This document shows positions 40,017 through 49,000 of a stretch of DNA of 64,000 nucleotides, piece by piece. A model generated the notes under the pieces. It was not told the origin of the DNA, ran no database searches, and saw only the letters and a list, made by a program, of their open reading frames with translations. Made by a program: the position numbers and the translations under genes. Source of the stretch: Pelagomonas calceolata (lineage: Eukaryota); the NCBI GenBank assembly GCA_918797485.1, contig CAKKNE010000002.1, positions 1,736,001-1,800,000 on the forward strand, in the 5' to 3' direction. The stretch's first letter is position 1. Every line of letters begins with the position of its first letter.

Positions 40017-42763
40017 ATGATTCATCGTTTGTTACAAGAGGAGCGGCCCTACGACATCCCCGTCGATGCGGCCTATGGCGTGCTGTTCGGCGTGCTCGGA
40101 GCGACGTTCCTCCTCACGGTCGCCGGTTTGTTCATGAAGAAGGGTTCTGGACTAGCAGGTGTCCTGCGGCCGACCGACGACTTCCTGTCGGCGCGGAACC
40201 GCTACAAGTGGCCTACTTTGGCTTTGTCGTTCTTCGCGTCGGGCATGGGCGCGTGGGTCATCTACGGCTCTCCGGAAATGGGCGCGATTCGCACTACCAG
40301 CTGGTGGGGCGTCCTCGGCTACTCTTCCGCCTCGGCGGCGGGCGGCTGGGTGCTCATGTGGCTCGGGCCCGTCGTGAAGCGCAAGGTTGGGGAAGACCAG
40401 GGGTTTTCGGCCGTCGACTTTGCGTTGAAGCGCTATGGTCGACTCATGCAGTTGCTCGTGATGGGCGTCTCGACCTTCTACATGTTCATCTATGTCGTGG
40501 CGGAACTGACGACGATCGCGAACGTGTATGCTACCTTTGTTGGTAAGAGTACGGTCGGGACCGACTCGGAGCATTACACGACCAAGATCAGTAGCATAGT
40601 GGTCATCTTCACCTGGGCTTACACGGCGCTAGCGGGTTTACCGGCGTCGATCCTCACGGACAAGTTCCAGGGCGTGACCATTTCTATTTTCGTCATCATG
40701 CTCCTCATTGCGACGACGACGCTCAAGTCGAACGAGGTACCGGCGCGGCGTCCCTATTCAATATTTATGGGAAGGGGGTGTAGCTCAGTGGCAGAGCGTC
40801 CGCTTTGCATGCGGAAAGCCCAGGGTTCAAACCCCTGCTCCTCCAAATCCCTTTATACACAAAAAACAACTCCGTGGCGCAATGGATAGCGTATCAGACT
40901 TCGAATCTGGGGGTTGCGGGTTCGAGTCCCGTCGGAGTTGTTTTGTATCATCGCTGTGACTGATCGCGCGGCGGCCGTTCAGTATCCGTGGCCGAGTTGG
41001 TCTTTCGTCGTTTGACGAGCCAAAAAGGCGTTGGATTTAAGCCCCAATCTCTTCGGAGGCGTGGGTTCGAACCCCACCGGATGCACATGAACGCCGTCGA
41101 CGCGATACCGGACGGACTGGAAATCTGAAGGCTACGGGTTCGACTCCCGTGTCGGTCTACCGCGGTTTGGACTTGTGATAGTGTGGCCGAGTGGTTAAGG
41201 CGGTAGACTTGAAATCTACTCCCGCAAGGGTCGCAGGATCGATTCTTTGACCAAGATCGATGCGCGTTCGAACCCTGTCACTATCGCACACGTTGATGAT
41301 GTGGCCGAGTGGTCTAAGCTCTTCTGAGCGACCAGAGGCGCTGGTTTTAGGCACCAGTCTTCGGGCGTGGGTTCGAACCCCACCATCATCACTTGAGTTC
41401 CATTCCGCCCATTTGTATCCGTGGCCGAGTTGGTCTAAGGCGTTGGATTTAAGCCCCAATCTCTTCGGAGGCGTGGGTTCGAACCCCACCGGATGCATTT
41501 GGACCGATTGGCGCAACGGCAGCGCGTCAGATTCCAGTCCTGAAGGTTACGTGTTCGAATCACGTATCGGTCACACTTTATCGTGTCGTATCCGTGGCCG
41601 AGTTGGTCTAAGGCGTTGGATTTAAGCCCCAATCTCTTCGGAGGCGTGGGTTCGAACCCCACCGGATGCACACGAACCGCGTGGCGCAATGGATAGCGCA
41701 TCAGACTTCTAATCTGGGGGTTGCGGGTTCGAGTCCCGCCGTGGTTAGCTCGCTAGACCGGTACATCTCCACACAGGTCTCGCAGAAGCAGTTAGACAAC
41801 GCGTCGGGCTGGTTCTCGGAAGGCTTCGAAGCCTTGGTGACGCTCTGGATCGCGATCATCTCCGCCGAGTTGTTTAATCAAGGCGCGTGGCAGCGGGTTT
41901 TTGCCGCCAAGACCGACCGCGACATGCGCATCGGCTTCGGCGTGGGCGGCTTCATGATCTTCCTGCTCATGCTGTTCTTTGGCATCATGGGCATGATCGC
42001 CTATGCGAGAGATCGGGAAAGTTACGATAACTTCATGAAGCTCGGGTACTTGTCGATCTTTGATTTGATCCGCAATTTGCCGCAGTTCTGGCATTATGTT
42101 ACTCTCATATTGTTGACGACCTTAGCGGCGTCGTCCATTGATACGCTCCAGAACGCTTTGGCTTCGGTCCTGTCGCACGACTTGATCAAGCACAAGCTCT
42201 CGCCGAACTGGTCTCGACTCGTCGTGATTGCTTTGAATATCGGCGCGGTCATCATGGCTAATAGACGCTACGAGGTCGTTCCCTTATTCTTAGTTGCTGA
42301 TTTAGTATGTGCGACGTGCGTCTTCCCCCTGTTCCTGGGGATCAGGACCGAAGACTGGGAGATTGGATCCATCAAAATCCCGGCGCCGACGGAGCTAGGA
42401 GCCTTCTTAGGAGCCATCAGCGCCATGGTCGCCGTCATTATTAATGGTGAAGTGAACAATGTCAACAAGGCCATCAACCCCTACACGGGCAAGGTCTACG
42501 ACCGCTCGGCTCTCGCCTACTTCTGGCTCATCCAGAACCCGACCGAGGAGTGCGCGTTGTGTGGTACGAAGACCATGGTGACCTTTATCATCGTGCCCCT
42601 CGTTGGGTTGTTTTTTACGTTCTTCTGGTCTTGTCTAGATGTGCTCGTCAGTGGCAAGTACGCGCGCAAGCCCTTCTGCTTCATTCCCCGGTTGGATGAT
42701 GTGGATGAGGAGGTGCCCCTCGTCAAGGATGATGAAAAGAAGGACGAGCCGCTCGAGGCCTAG
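40017..42763 (+). CDS. Sodium:solute symporter family transporter (DUR3/PutP-like); exons 40017-40736 and 41777-42763
   Basis: Exon 1 has DDFLSARN, SFFASGMGAW and YTALAGLPASILTDKFQG. Exon 2 has ELFNQGAWQRVFAAK and ASSIDTLQNA. A phase-0 GT..AG join gives KSNE|VSQKQL. Confidence 0.88.
40774..40845 (+). tRNA. tRNA-Ala(UGC)
   Basis: Cloverleaf with G3:U70, anticodon arm TCCGC-TTTGCAT-GCGGA, and T-loop TTCAAAC. Confidence 0.93.
40868..40940 (+). tRNA. tRNA-Arg(UCG)
   Basis: Acceptor AACTCCG/CGGAGTT; anticodon arm TCAGA-CTTCGAA-TCTGG; T-loop TTCGAGT. Confidence 0.93.
40982..41085 (+). tRNA. tRNA-Leu(UAA) with a 21-nt D-loop intron (41004-41024)
   Basis: Identical to the copies at 41415 and 41588 once TTCGTCGTTTGACGAGCCAAA is removed; BHB fold at the junctions. 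Confidence 0.88.
41112..41158 (+). pseudogene. Orphan tRNA 3' half (Trp-like)
   Basis: TCTGA-AGGCT-ACGGG-TTCGACT-CCCGT-GTCGGTC parallels the 3' half of tRNA-Trp at 41502; no adjacent D-arm or 5' acceptor strand. Confidence 0.6.
41177..41286 (+). tRNA. tRNA-Ser(UGA) with a 29-nt intron at the T-stem/T-loop boundary (41238-41266)
   Basis: Acceptor GATAGTG/CACTATC; anticodon arm GTAGA-CTTGAAA-TCTAC; long variable arm. Intron removal gives GCAGG-TTCGAAC-CCTGT. Confidence 0.88.
41295..41391 (+). tRNA. tRNA-Leu(UAG) with a 19-nt D-loop intron (41317-41335)
   Basis: Acceptor GATGATG/CATCATC; anticodon arm CTGGT-TTTAGGC-ACCAG. Intron removal gives D-arm GCCGAGTGGTCTAAGGC. Confidence 0.88.
41415..41497 (+). 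tRNA. tRNA-Leu(UAA), intronless
   Basis: 83-nt cloverleaf with variable arm; anticodon loop TTTAAGC. Confidence 0.93.
41502..41573 (+). tRNA. tRNA-Trp(CCA)
   Basis: Acceptor GACCGAT/ATCGGTC; anticodon arm TCAGA-TTCCAGT-CCTGA; T-loop TTCGAAT. Confidence 0.9.
41588..41670 (+). tRNA. tRNA-Leu(UAA), intronless
   Basis: Identical to 41415-41497. Confidence 0.93.
41675..41747 (+). tRNA. tRNA-Arg(UCU)
   Basis: Acceptor AACCGCG/CGTGGTT; anticodon arm TCAGA-CTTCTAA-TCTGG. Confidence 0.93.
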
Positions 42764-42876
42764 TGCCTCCCTTCGCGACGAAGGGACACTACCCACCTTT
42801 TGTCGTGTTGTTTCCCCTCCCCTCCCCCGGCGTCGACCCAACGGGGTCCGCTAACACGTTTACGTTTATACATTCA

Positions 42877-45831
42877 CTAGTACGTCCCTGCGGGCAGCGC
42901 GACGCGCGCCTTCTTCCGGCAGAGGGGGCAGGCGACCGACACACCGCTCCGTCGGCTCATCGACCGCTCCGCCTCGACCTTGGCGTAGGTCTCCGAGCAC
43001 GAGGCGCAGAGGGCGTGCGCGCAGTCGAAGACCGTCGCATCCGCCGCGAGCAGCTCATAACATATGGGGCACTCACCCGACGGCGCGACGACGGGCGTGG
43101 CCGGCGGCGTGACAGGCGCCACCGGTTCGACCGGCGCCGCGGCCGGTGGCCGGCGGCGGGCGCGCTTGCGCGCGGACGGTTTCGGCCGCGGCGTCGTCGG
43201 CTCGCGCTTCGACGGCGTCGCCTTGGGCGAGAGTGCCTTTTCGACGGCCGCCCGCGCCTGGGCGTTGGGCCCCCGCGCACCTACCTTCGCGCCGCTCGGC
43301 GGGTTTTCGAAGACGTCGCGCAGCCACATGCTCTGCCGCACACCGTCGTCGAAGACGATCGAGTAGCACCGCGCGTGCGCGACGCCGCTAACGCTGATGA
43401 CGGTGCCGCACCACCACACGTCCGGCTCAAATAACGCCCACACGCGGCGTCCGACAGCGTCCTGCTCTGAGTCGCTCTGTGGCGCGGAGCGCCGCCGCGC
43501 ACTCCCGTCCGAGGGCTCCCGCGGCGACGCCTTGACGCGCGGCGGGCCGTCAGCCTTCCGCAGGAACTTCGGCCGGATGAACTTGGCGCCTTCGGCGTCG
43601 AGATTAACGATGTTCCAGCCGTGCTTTTCTCCCGCGACGACGCCCGTCTGCCCAGCGAAGCGCGGGTCCTCGACGCGGACGCGCGTGCCCCTAGGCAAGC
43701 AGCTCGTCGACGGCACGGACGGCGTCGGTGCGGCCACCGACGAATCCGCCACGAACTCGCTCGCGTAACGGAAGACGTTTTGTCTGCCGTCCGCCTCGAC
43801 GCGACAGCATTGATCTACAAGGGACTTCGACATGCCGTTTATGGCTCCGGCGCCTCGAGGCGAGCAGTAGTGCGCGAGAACGTCTCCGGTCGGCGAGACG
43901 AGCAAGACCTGTCCGTTCCAGTCTCGCTGGTGACACTCGCAGTCCGGATCGTCGCCGGCCGAGCACGCCATCTTCGAGCACGTGATGCCGCCGTCGGTGC
44001 AGGTCCACGGGGACGAGGCCGCCAACGCAGCCGTATCCGCGTCGACGACGCGCCACTTGTCGCACGCCACGCACTGGACCCAGGAAGCCGGCTCCGGCTC
44101 CGGCTCGGGTCTTGGCGCCGGTGCCGGCGCCGGCTTCGGTTCTGGCGCCGGCGTCGGCTCGGTCCTCGGCCGCGACTGCGTGCCGCGCGCCACCGACGGC
44201 GCGAGGACCAGCGGCGCGCGGAAATCAGCCACGTCCAGCGCTTCGGTTCCGTCGGGCGACTCCGATCCGTCGCTATGCGACGCCTCCGCGTCGGACTCGT
44301 CGGAGAAGACCGCCCCGTCGGCGCGACTCCACTCGTTGCCGTGATCGGCTGGTTCGGAGTCAGACGCGTCGTTGTCGTCCCACTCGTCGGTTCGTCGGAC
44401 GCGTCGTCTTCGGTTCCGACTCCGCGGCTGCCGACCCCCCACAGAATAAGCTTGACCGGACCGGGCCCCCTTTATGTATAAGCCGCAACCGCTTTGGCCG
44501 GGCGCCTCGTCGTTCGGCACCAGCGACGTCTTCCAGATCTGCACGAGAGACACGCTGGCGGTCAGGTCTATGGACCCGCCCTTCTGCCGCGCATCAGAGC
44601 GCTGGACGAGCTTGAACTCGCGGCCCCAGTAGCCGTGGTTGTCCTCCGTGGAGATCTCGGTGCCGTTCAAACGGAACCGCGACATCGTCCTTGCGTTGAC
44701 GCCGCGCGTCGGGTCCTGAGGATCCCACCAAAACGCCCCGGGCTGGAAGCGAACCCTGATGGCGTCTTCGGGTAGCACTCGATATTCGCGAACCGCCTTC
44801 GACACGAAGAAAGCTAGATGGGGGGTCGTAAATGGCTCGAACGCTATGGCAGAGCCGTGAACGGCAAAACCCACGGGAAACGCCGAAGCGTCGTGCGCTA
44901 ACGCGAGCCGCCGCAGCAAATTATAGGCGCCGTCGGGCTTGACGAACTCACCCGCATTGAGGCGCCGCACCGCGTCGAGCTCGGCGGGCGTCGCCGGCGC
45001 TGCGGTCAGGGCTACGTCCGCCCGTCGAGGCGCAGAGAGCGCCACACTCGCCGCACCGCCATAATTTGACTTAGGCGCGATCTGTCGTCGCGCCGCCTCT
45101 TCTCCCACGGCCTTGGGTGCGACGTATCCGCGAGCGGCGCGCCAGCGGGTCTTGCGGTCGGCCAGCCACGCTTCGAAGTCGGCGCGCGCGACGCGTTTTA
45201 AGCTTCTCCCGAGTTGCGGCGCCGCTGCCGCGTCCACCTCTTCCGTCATGCTGCGACAGAGCGCCCGAATCTCGTGCCGCGCTAATTGCGGCGAGACCAA
45301 CAAATCGACCGCTTCCGTCATTTCGTGACAGAGCGAGGTGATTTCTCGTGTGCTCTTCGCGCGCTCACGGAGATCGTCGAGGTCCACTTCCGAAAAATCT
45401 GAATCGTACTCGTACCCCCGCTCGGCGCGCCAGCGGGTCTTGCGGTCGGCCAGCCACGCTTCGAAGTCGGCGCGCGCGACGCGTTTTAAGCTTCTCCCGA
45501 GTTGCGGCGCCGCTGCCGCGTCCACCTCTTCCGTCATGCTGCGACAGAGCGCCCGAATCTCGTGCCGCGCTAATTGCGGCGAGACCAACAAATCGACCGC
45601 TTCCGTCATTTCGTCCAGCGCCTCCCGGATGGTGTCGTCCAGCAAGTGTGGTCGTCGCGCCTCTTGTCGCAGCGCCGGCGCCGCGACGGCCTTGGCGGGC
45701 GCCGCGACGACGGCCTCGAGCGGCGGCGCCTCCCTCTGCGCAGACCTCTTCGCAGCCGCGTGTCGTCCAGCGCGCTCACGGATGGTGTCGAGGTCTACAT
45801 CAGAAAAGTCCGAGTCGTCTTCTGCAGCCAT
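42877..45831 (-). CDS. Mosaic chromatin protein A: internal repeat, zf-CW, NUMOD1-like HTH, KOW-like, Tudor-like, C-terminal RING
   Basis: WVQCVACDKWR..WTC (CW); VGRRVWALF..WW.GTV...YSIVFDDG (Tudor-like); CPIC..CAHALCASC..CPLCR (RING). Confidence 0.75.
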   Translation of the reverse strand: MAAEDDSDFSDVDLDTIRERAGRHAAAKRSAQREAPPLEAVVAAPAKAVAAPALRQEARRPHLLDDTIREALDEMTEAVDLLVSPQLARHEIRALCRSMTEEVDAAAAPQLGRSLKRVARADFEAWLADRKTRWRAERGYEYDSDFSEVDLDDLRERAKSTREITSLCHEMTEAVDLLVSPQLARHEIRALCRSMTEEVDAAAAPQLGRSLKRVARADFEAWLADRKTRWRAARGYVAPKAVGEEAARRQIAPKSNYGGAASVALSAPRRADVALTAAPATPAELDAVRRLNAGEFVKPDGAYNLLRRLALAHDASAFPVGFAVHGSAIAFEPFTTPHLAFFVSKAVREYRVLPEDAIRVRFQPGAFWWDPQDPTRGVNARTMSRFRLNGTEISTEDNHGYWGREFKLVQRSDARQKGGSIDLTASVSLVQIWKTSLVPNDEAPGQSGCGLYIKGARSGQAYSVGGRQPRSRNRRRRVRRTDEWDDNDASDSEPADHGNEWSRADGAVFSDESDAEASHSDGSESPDGTEALDVADFRAPLVLAPSVARGTQSRPRTEPTPAPEPKPAPAPAPRPEPEPEPASWVQCVACDKWRVVDADTAALAASSPWTCTDGGITCSKMACSAGDDPDCECHQRDWNGQVLLVSPTGDVLAHYCSPRGAGAINGMSKSLVDQCCRVEADGRQNVFRYASEFVADSSVAAPTPSVPSTSCLPRGTRVRVEDPRFAGQTGVVAGEKHGWNIVNLDAEGAKFIRPKFLRKADGPPRVKASPREPSDGSARRRSAPQSDSEQDAVGRRVWALFEPDVWWCGTVISVSGVAHARCYSIVFDDGVRQSMWLRDVFENPPSGAKVGARGPNAQARAAVEKALSPKATPSKREPTTPRPKPSARKRARRRPPAAAPVEPVAPVTPPATPVVAPSGECPICYELLAADATVFDCAHALCASCSETYAKVEAERSMSRRSGVSVACPLCRKKARVALPAGTY
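45135..45614. repeat. Near-identical direct repeat of about 192 bp (45135-45326 and 45423-45614); partial third copy at about 47424-47537
   Basis: Encodes EMTEAVDLLVSPQLARHEIRALCRSMTEEVD... twice in gene A (288-nt offset) and a close variant once in gene B. Confidence 0.9.
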
Positions 45832-46048
45832 CAGTGCGCGTTTGCGGCTGTCGGCTGTCAGAGCGACGCCGAGTGATGGTGCGTTACGCGTGCTGTGAGA
45901 AGCTGCAAGCAGTGAATGTTTGCGCGCACTGCGAGAAATGTTGCAGCAAGCCTACCTACCAATGCGTACCGTTGCCGTGCGCTTTGAACCTGCACAGCGC
46001 GAGAGCAAAAGGGAGAGCTTGCTAGTGTCTTACAGGTCCTAGCAGAAG

Positions 46049-49000
46049 TTACTCGTCCGAGCTCCGGCGGCGGCGTTTCGTCGGGCCCAGGGACAGCGAC
46101 GTATGCATCTCCTCGGGTAGGACGACCTTCGACGGCGCGCGACAGAGCGGACACGTGACCGACACGCCGCTCCGCCGGCTCATCGACCGCTCCACTTCGG
46201 ACTTTGCGTACGAGTCCGAGCACGAAGCGCACATCGCGTGGGAGCACTCGAAGACCGTCGCGTCCACCGTGAATCTATCGTAACAAATGGGGCAGTTCCC
46301 TGACGGCGCGACGGGCTTCTTTTTCCGTCGTGGCGCTGGTCTCGGCGCCGGCTCGGAGCTCTCTGCGTAGGCGGCATAGAAGCCCCTTTTCGGGCGCTTC
46401 CGCGGTTTCGGGCGCACCGGCGTCGTTGCCTTGGCCGAGAGGGCCCTCGTGACCGCAGTCCGCGCCTGGGCGTTGGGCCCCTGCGCGCCGACTTTGCCGC
46501 CTGCCGGCGGGCTAGACCACACGTCTCTCGCGTAGAAGGTTTGCGGAATGCCGTCGTCAAAAATGATGCTGCACATGCGCTTGTCCTCGACACCACGAAT
46601 ACCAACGACCGTCCCGCCCCACCACACGTCCGGCTCGAATAACGCCCACACACGGCTGTTTCGTCCCAGCGACGCCCGCCACCCGACCACGCGTCCGACG
46701 GCCGCCGCCTCGTCGTCGGCTGATTCGTCAGGCACCGGCGTGCCCGCGGCCGGCCTAAGCGCGTCGGCGGCGGCGTCGTCGGGCTCCGGCGCCGCGGCCG
46801 CGTCGGGCTCGGTCGGCGCGTCATCGTCGTCGGACTCGGTCTCGGACCGCGGTCGCTTCGCCTCGAAGGCCCGTAGTTTTCTTCTAAAATCAATCGGCAA
46901 GTCGTGGGAGCCGCGACCAATCCTTCTAGCTCGCATCGCCTTTTGCAGCTGCGACGATGATAAATCGGAGAATTCGTCCTGAATGTGCGCGTCCGCAGCC
47001 AATTCATCCCATTTATCCTCGACGTCCCGGGCAGACCGGCTAGTCCCGAGGAGCTCCGCTATCTGCCTCCACTCGTTTGACCCAGTCGGGTGGTGCTCCT
47101 CGACCAGCTCCCGGAGCTCGTCCTGCTCCTCGGCGCCCCAGCGCTTCCCCGTAACTGACACTGATAAATCGGAACATTCGTCCTCCTGAATCGCGTCCGC
47201 GGTCAGTTCTTTCCATTTATTCTTGACGGCCGACGTTGACCGGCCGTTCCCGTGCAGTTCCACTATTTTCCTCCAATCTTCTGAGCTCTCCGGGCGGTGC
47301 TCCTCAACAAGCTCCCGGAGCTCGGCCTCCTCCTCAGCGTCCCAGCGCGTAATGACTATACGTGAGACTATACGTGAAACCGGTGGTGCCACAGAAGCCG
47401 GGCGTGCCGCTGCGACCCGCTCATCCACCTCTTCCGTCATGCTGCGACAGAGCGCCCGAATCTCTTGCCGCGCTAAATGCGGCGAGACCAACAAGTCGAC
47501 TGCTTCGGTCATCTCGTGACAAAGCGAGGTGATTTCCCGCATCACTGCCGCGTTGACCGCACGCGACACGCCACGCGTCGTCGCACGGGTCATCGCGGCC
47601 GGCGGGTTCTGTCGGCGCGGCGGCGGCGGCACCTCTTCTCGTAATGAGGCGGGCAGCGGCGGCAGCGCGGCCAGCGTCATTGTGGACGGCGCCTCGTCGG
47701 GAAAGTTCAGGGGCACCCTGGCGCTCTTCATCAACGCCTTCCACTTCGTGCGCGCCGCGTCATAGGCCCGCGCGGCGTCGGCCTCGTCCTCGAAGTCGCC
47801 GAGCGGGATGCGGTAGCCCTTGACTTGTATGTTCGCGCGCCACCTTCTAATCCTCGCGTCCCAGCAGCAGCCCGCAAACCTAGAAGCCCGGTAGGTCGCA
47901 CCCATGGGCGGGTCCGCGGTCAATGTCGGGGGCGACGGCGGCGACGCCGTCACGGCCGTCGGGGGCGGCGACGGCGCCGGCCAGGCGACGGGCGACGGCG
48001 GCGCCGGCGGCACGACGGGCTTGGCCGGCCGCCGCGCCGCCTGCTCGCGCCGGTACGCGGCGCGGATCTCCGCGACGCTCGGCGCCGGCGCCAGCGTCGG
48101 CGGGGCCACAGGGACGACCTTCGGCGCGACGCGGCTCGCCCGGTAGGTGGCGCCTGTGTTGAGAAATAGCATGGACCTTCGTGAACCTCCACGCCATCGT
48201 GGGGCGCCCGAAATTTGATTTCCACACAAAGGCACGTGCCGGTGGGAGGGTCCGCAGTCAGTGAAGGGGGCGATGGCGGCGACGCCGTCACGGCCGTGGG
48301 AGGCGGCGACTGCGCCGCCAGCGGCAGGTCGCGGGCCTCAGCGTCGGCGAGCGGCGTTTCGGGCGGCGACGTGAAGGGTGCAGGCGGCGACGCCTCTTGG
48401 GCGAAGGCCCTTTCCCGCGCGGCCTTCTGCTTCGCGGCGCACGTCTTCCCGTGCTGCACCGCAGCCGGTGCGTGCGTGAAGAAGCGGTCGCAGCCGGCCG
48501 GGCAGGGGAACCGTTTTTGAGAGACGGCGCGCGGCGAGTCCGAGGAAGGAGGCGTCGGCGTCGGCGACGCCGACGAGGCGATGTCGTCGTCCGACGCCGC
48601 GAGCGCGCGCGCTGCCGCCTCGGCGGCCGCGAAGGCGCGCCCCGCCTCGCAGTAGCGGTGGTGGTTCGACCGGCCCGAGAGCGTCGTGAAGGCGCGGTCG
48701 CAGCCGCCACATTTATAAGTTTCGGGCTTCTCGAGCTTGGGCCTCGAGCCGCCTCTGAGCCATCGCGACGGCTCAGCGGCGGCGTCGTCGGACTCGGACT
48801 CGGCGCGCTGTCGCTTGGCGGCGGGTGGTAGCTTGCCGCAGCTCTTGCCGTGCGACACCGCCGCCGGGCCGTGGGCGAATGATCTGCCGCACCCCGCCGG
48901 GCACAAGTAGCGGCCCGAGCTATCGTTCACCCGCGCTGGCGCGTGCGCCCGCCGCCGCGGCGGCGCGTTCATGTTCGCGGCGGGCTCCGGCACTGGGGCG

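Larger units (their letters stand above)
40737..41776 (+). other. 1040-nt spliceosomal intron hosting a tRNA array
   Basis: GAG|GTACCG ... CTCCACACAG|GTC; both flanking frames join in phase 0. Confidence 0.88.

Noticed and set aside
40774..41747. Repeated tRNA-Leu units as a CRISPR-like array; ORFs 41157-41516, 41260-41625 and 41435-41701
   Set aside because: The repeats are tRNA cloverleaves, there are no cas genes, and the ORFs are translations of tRNA sequence.
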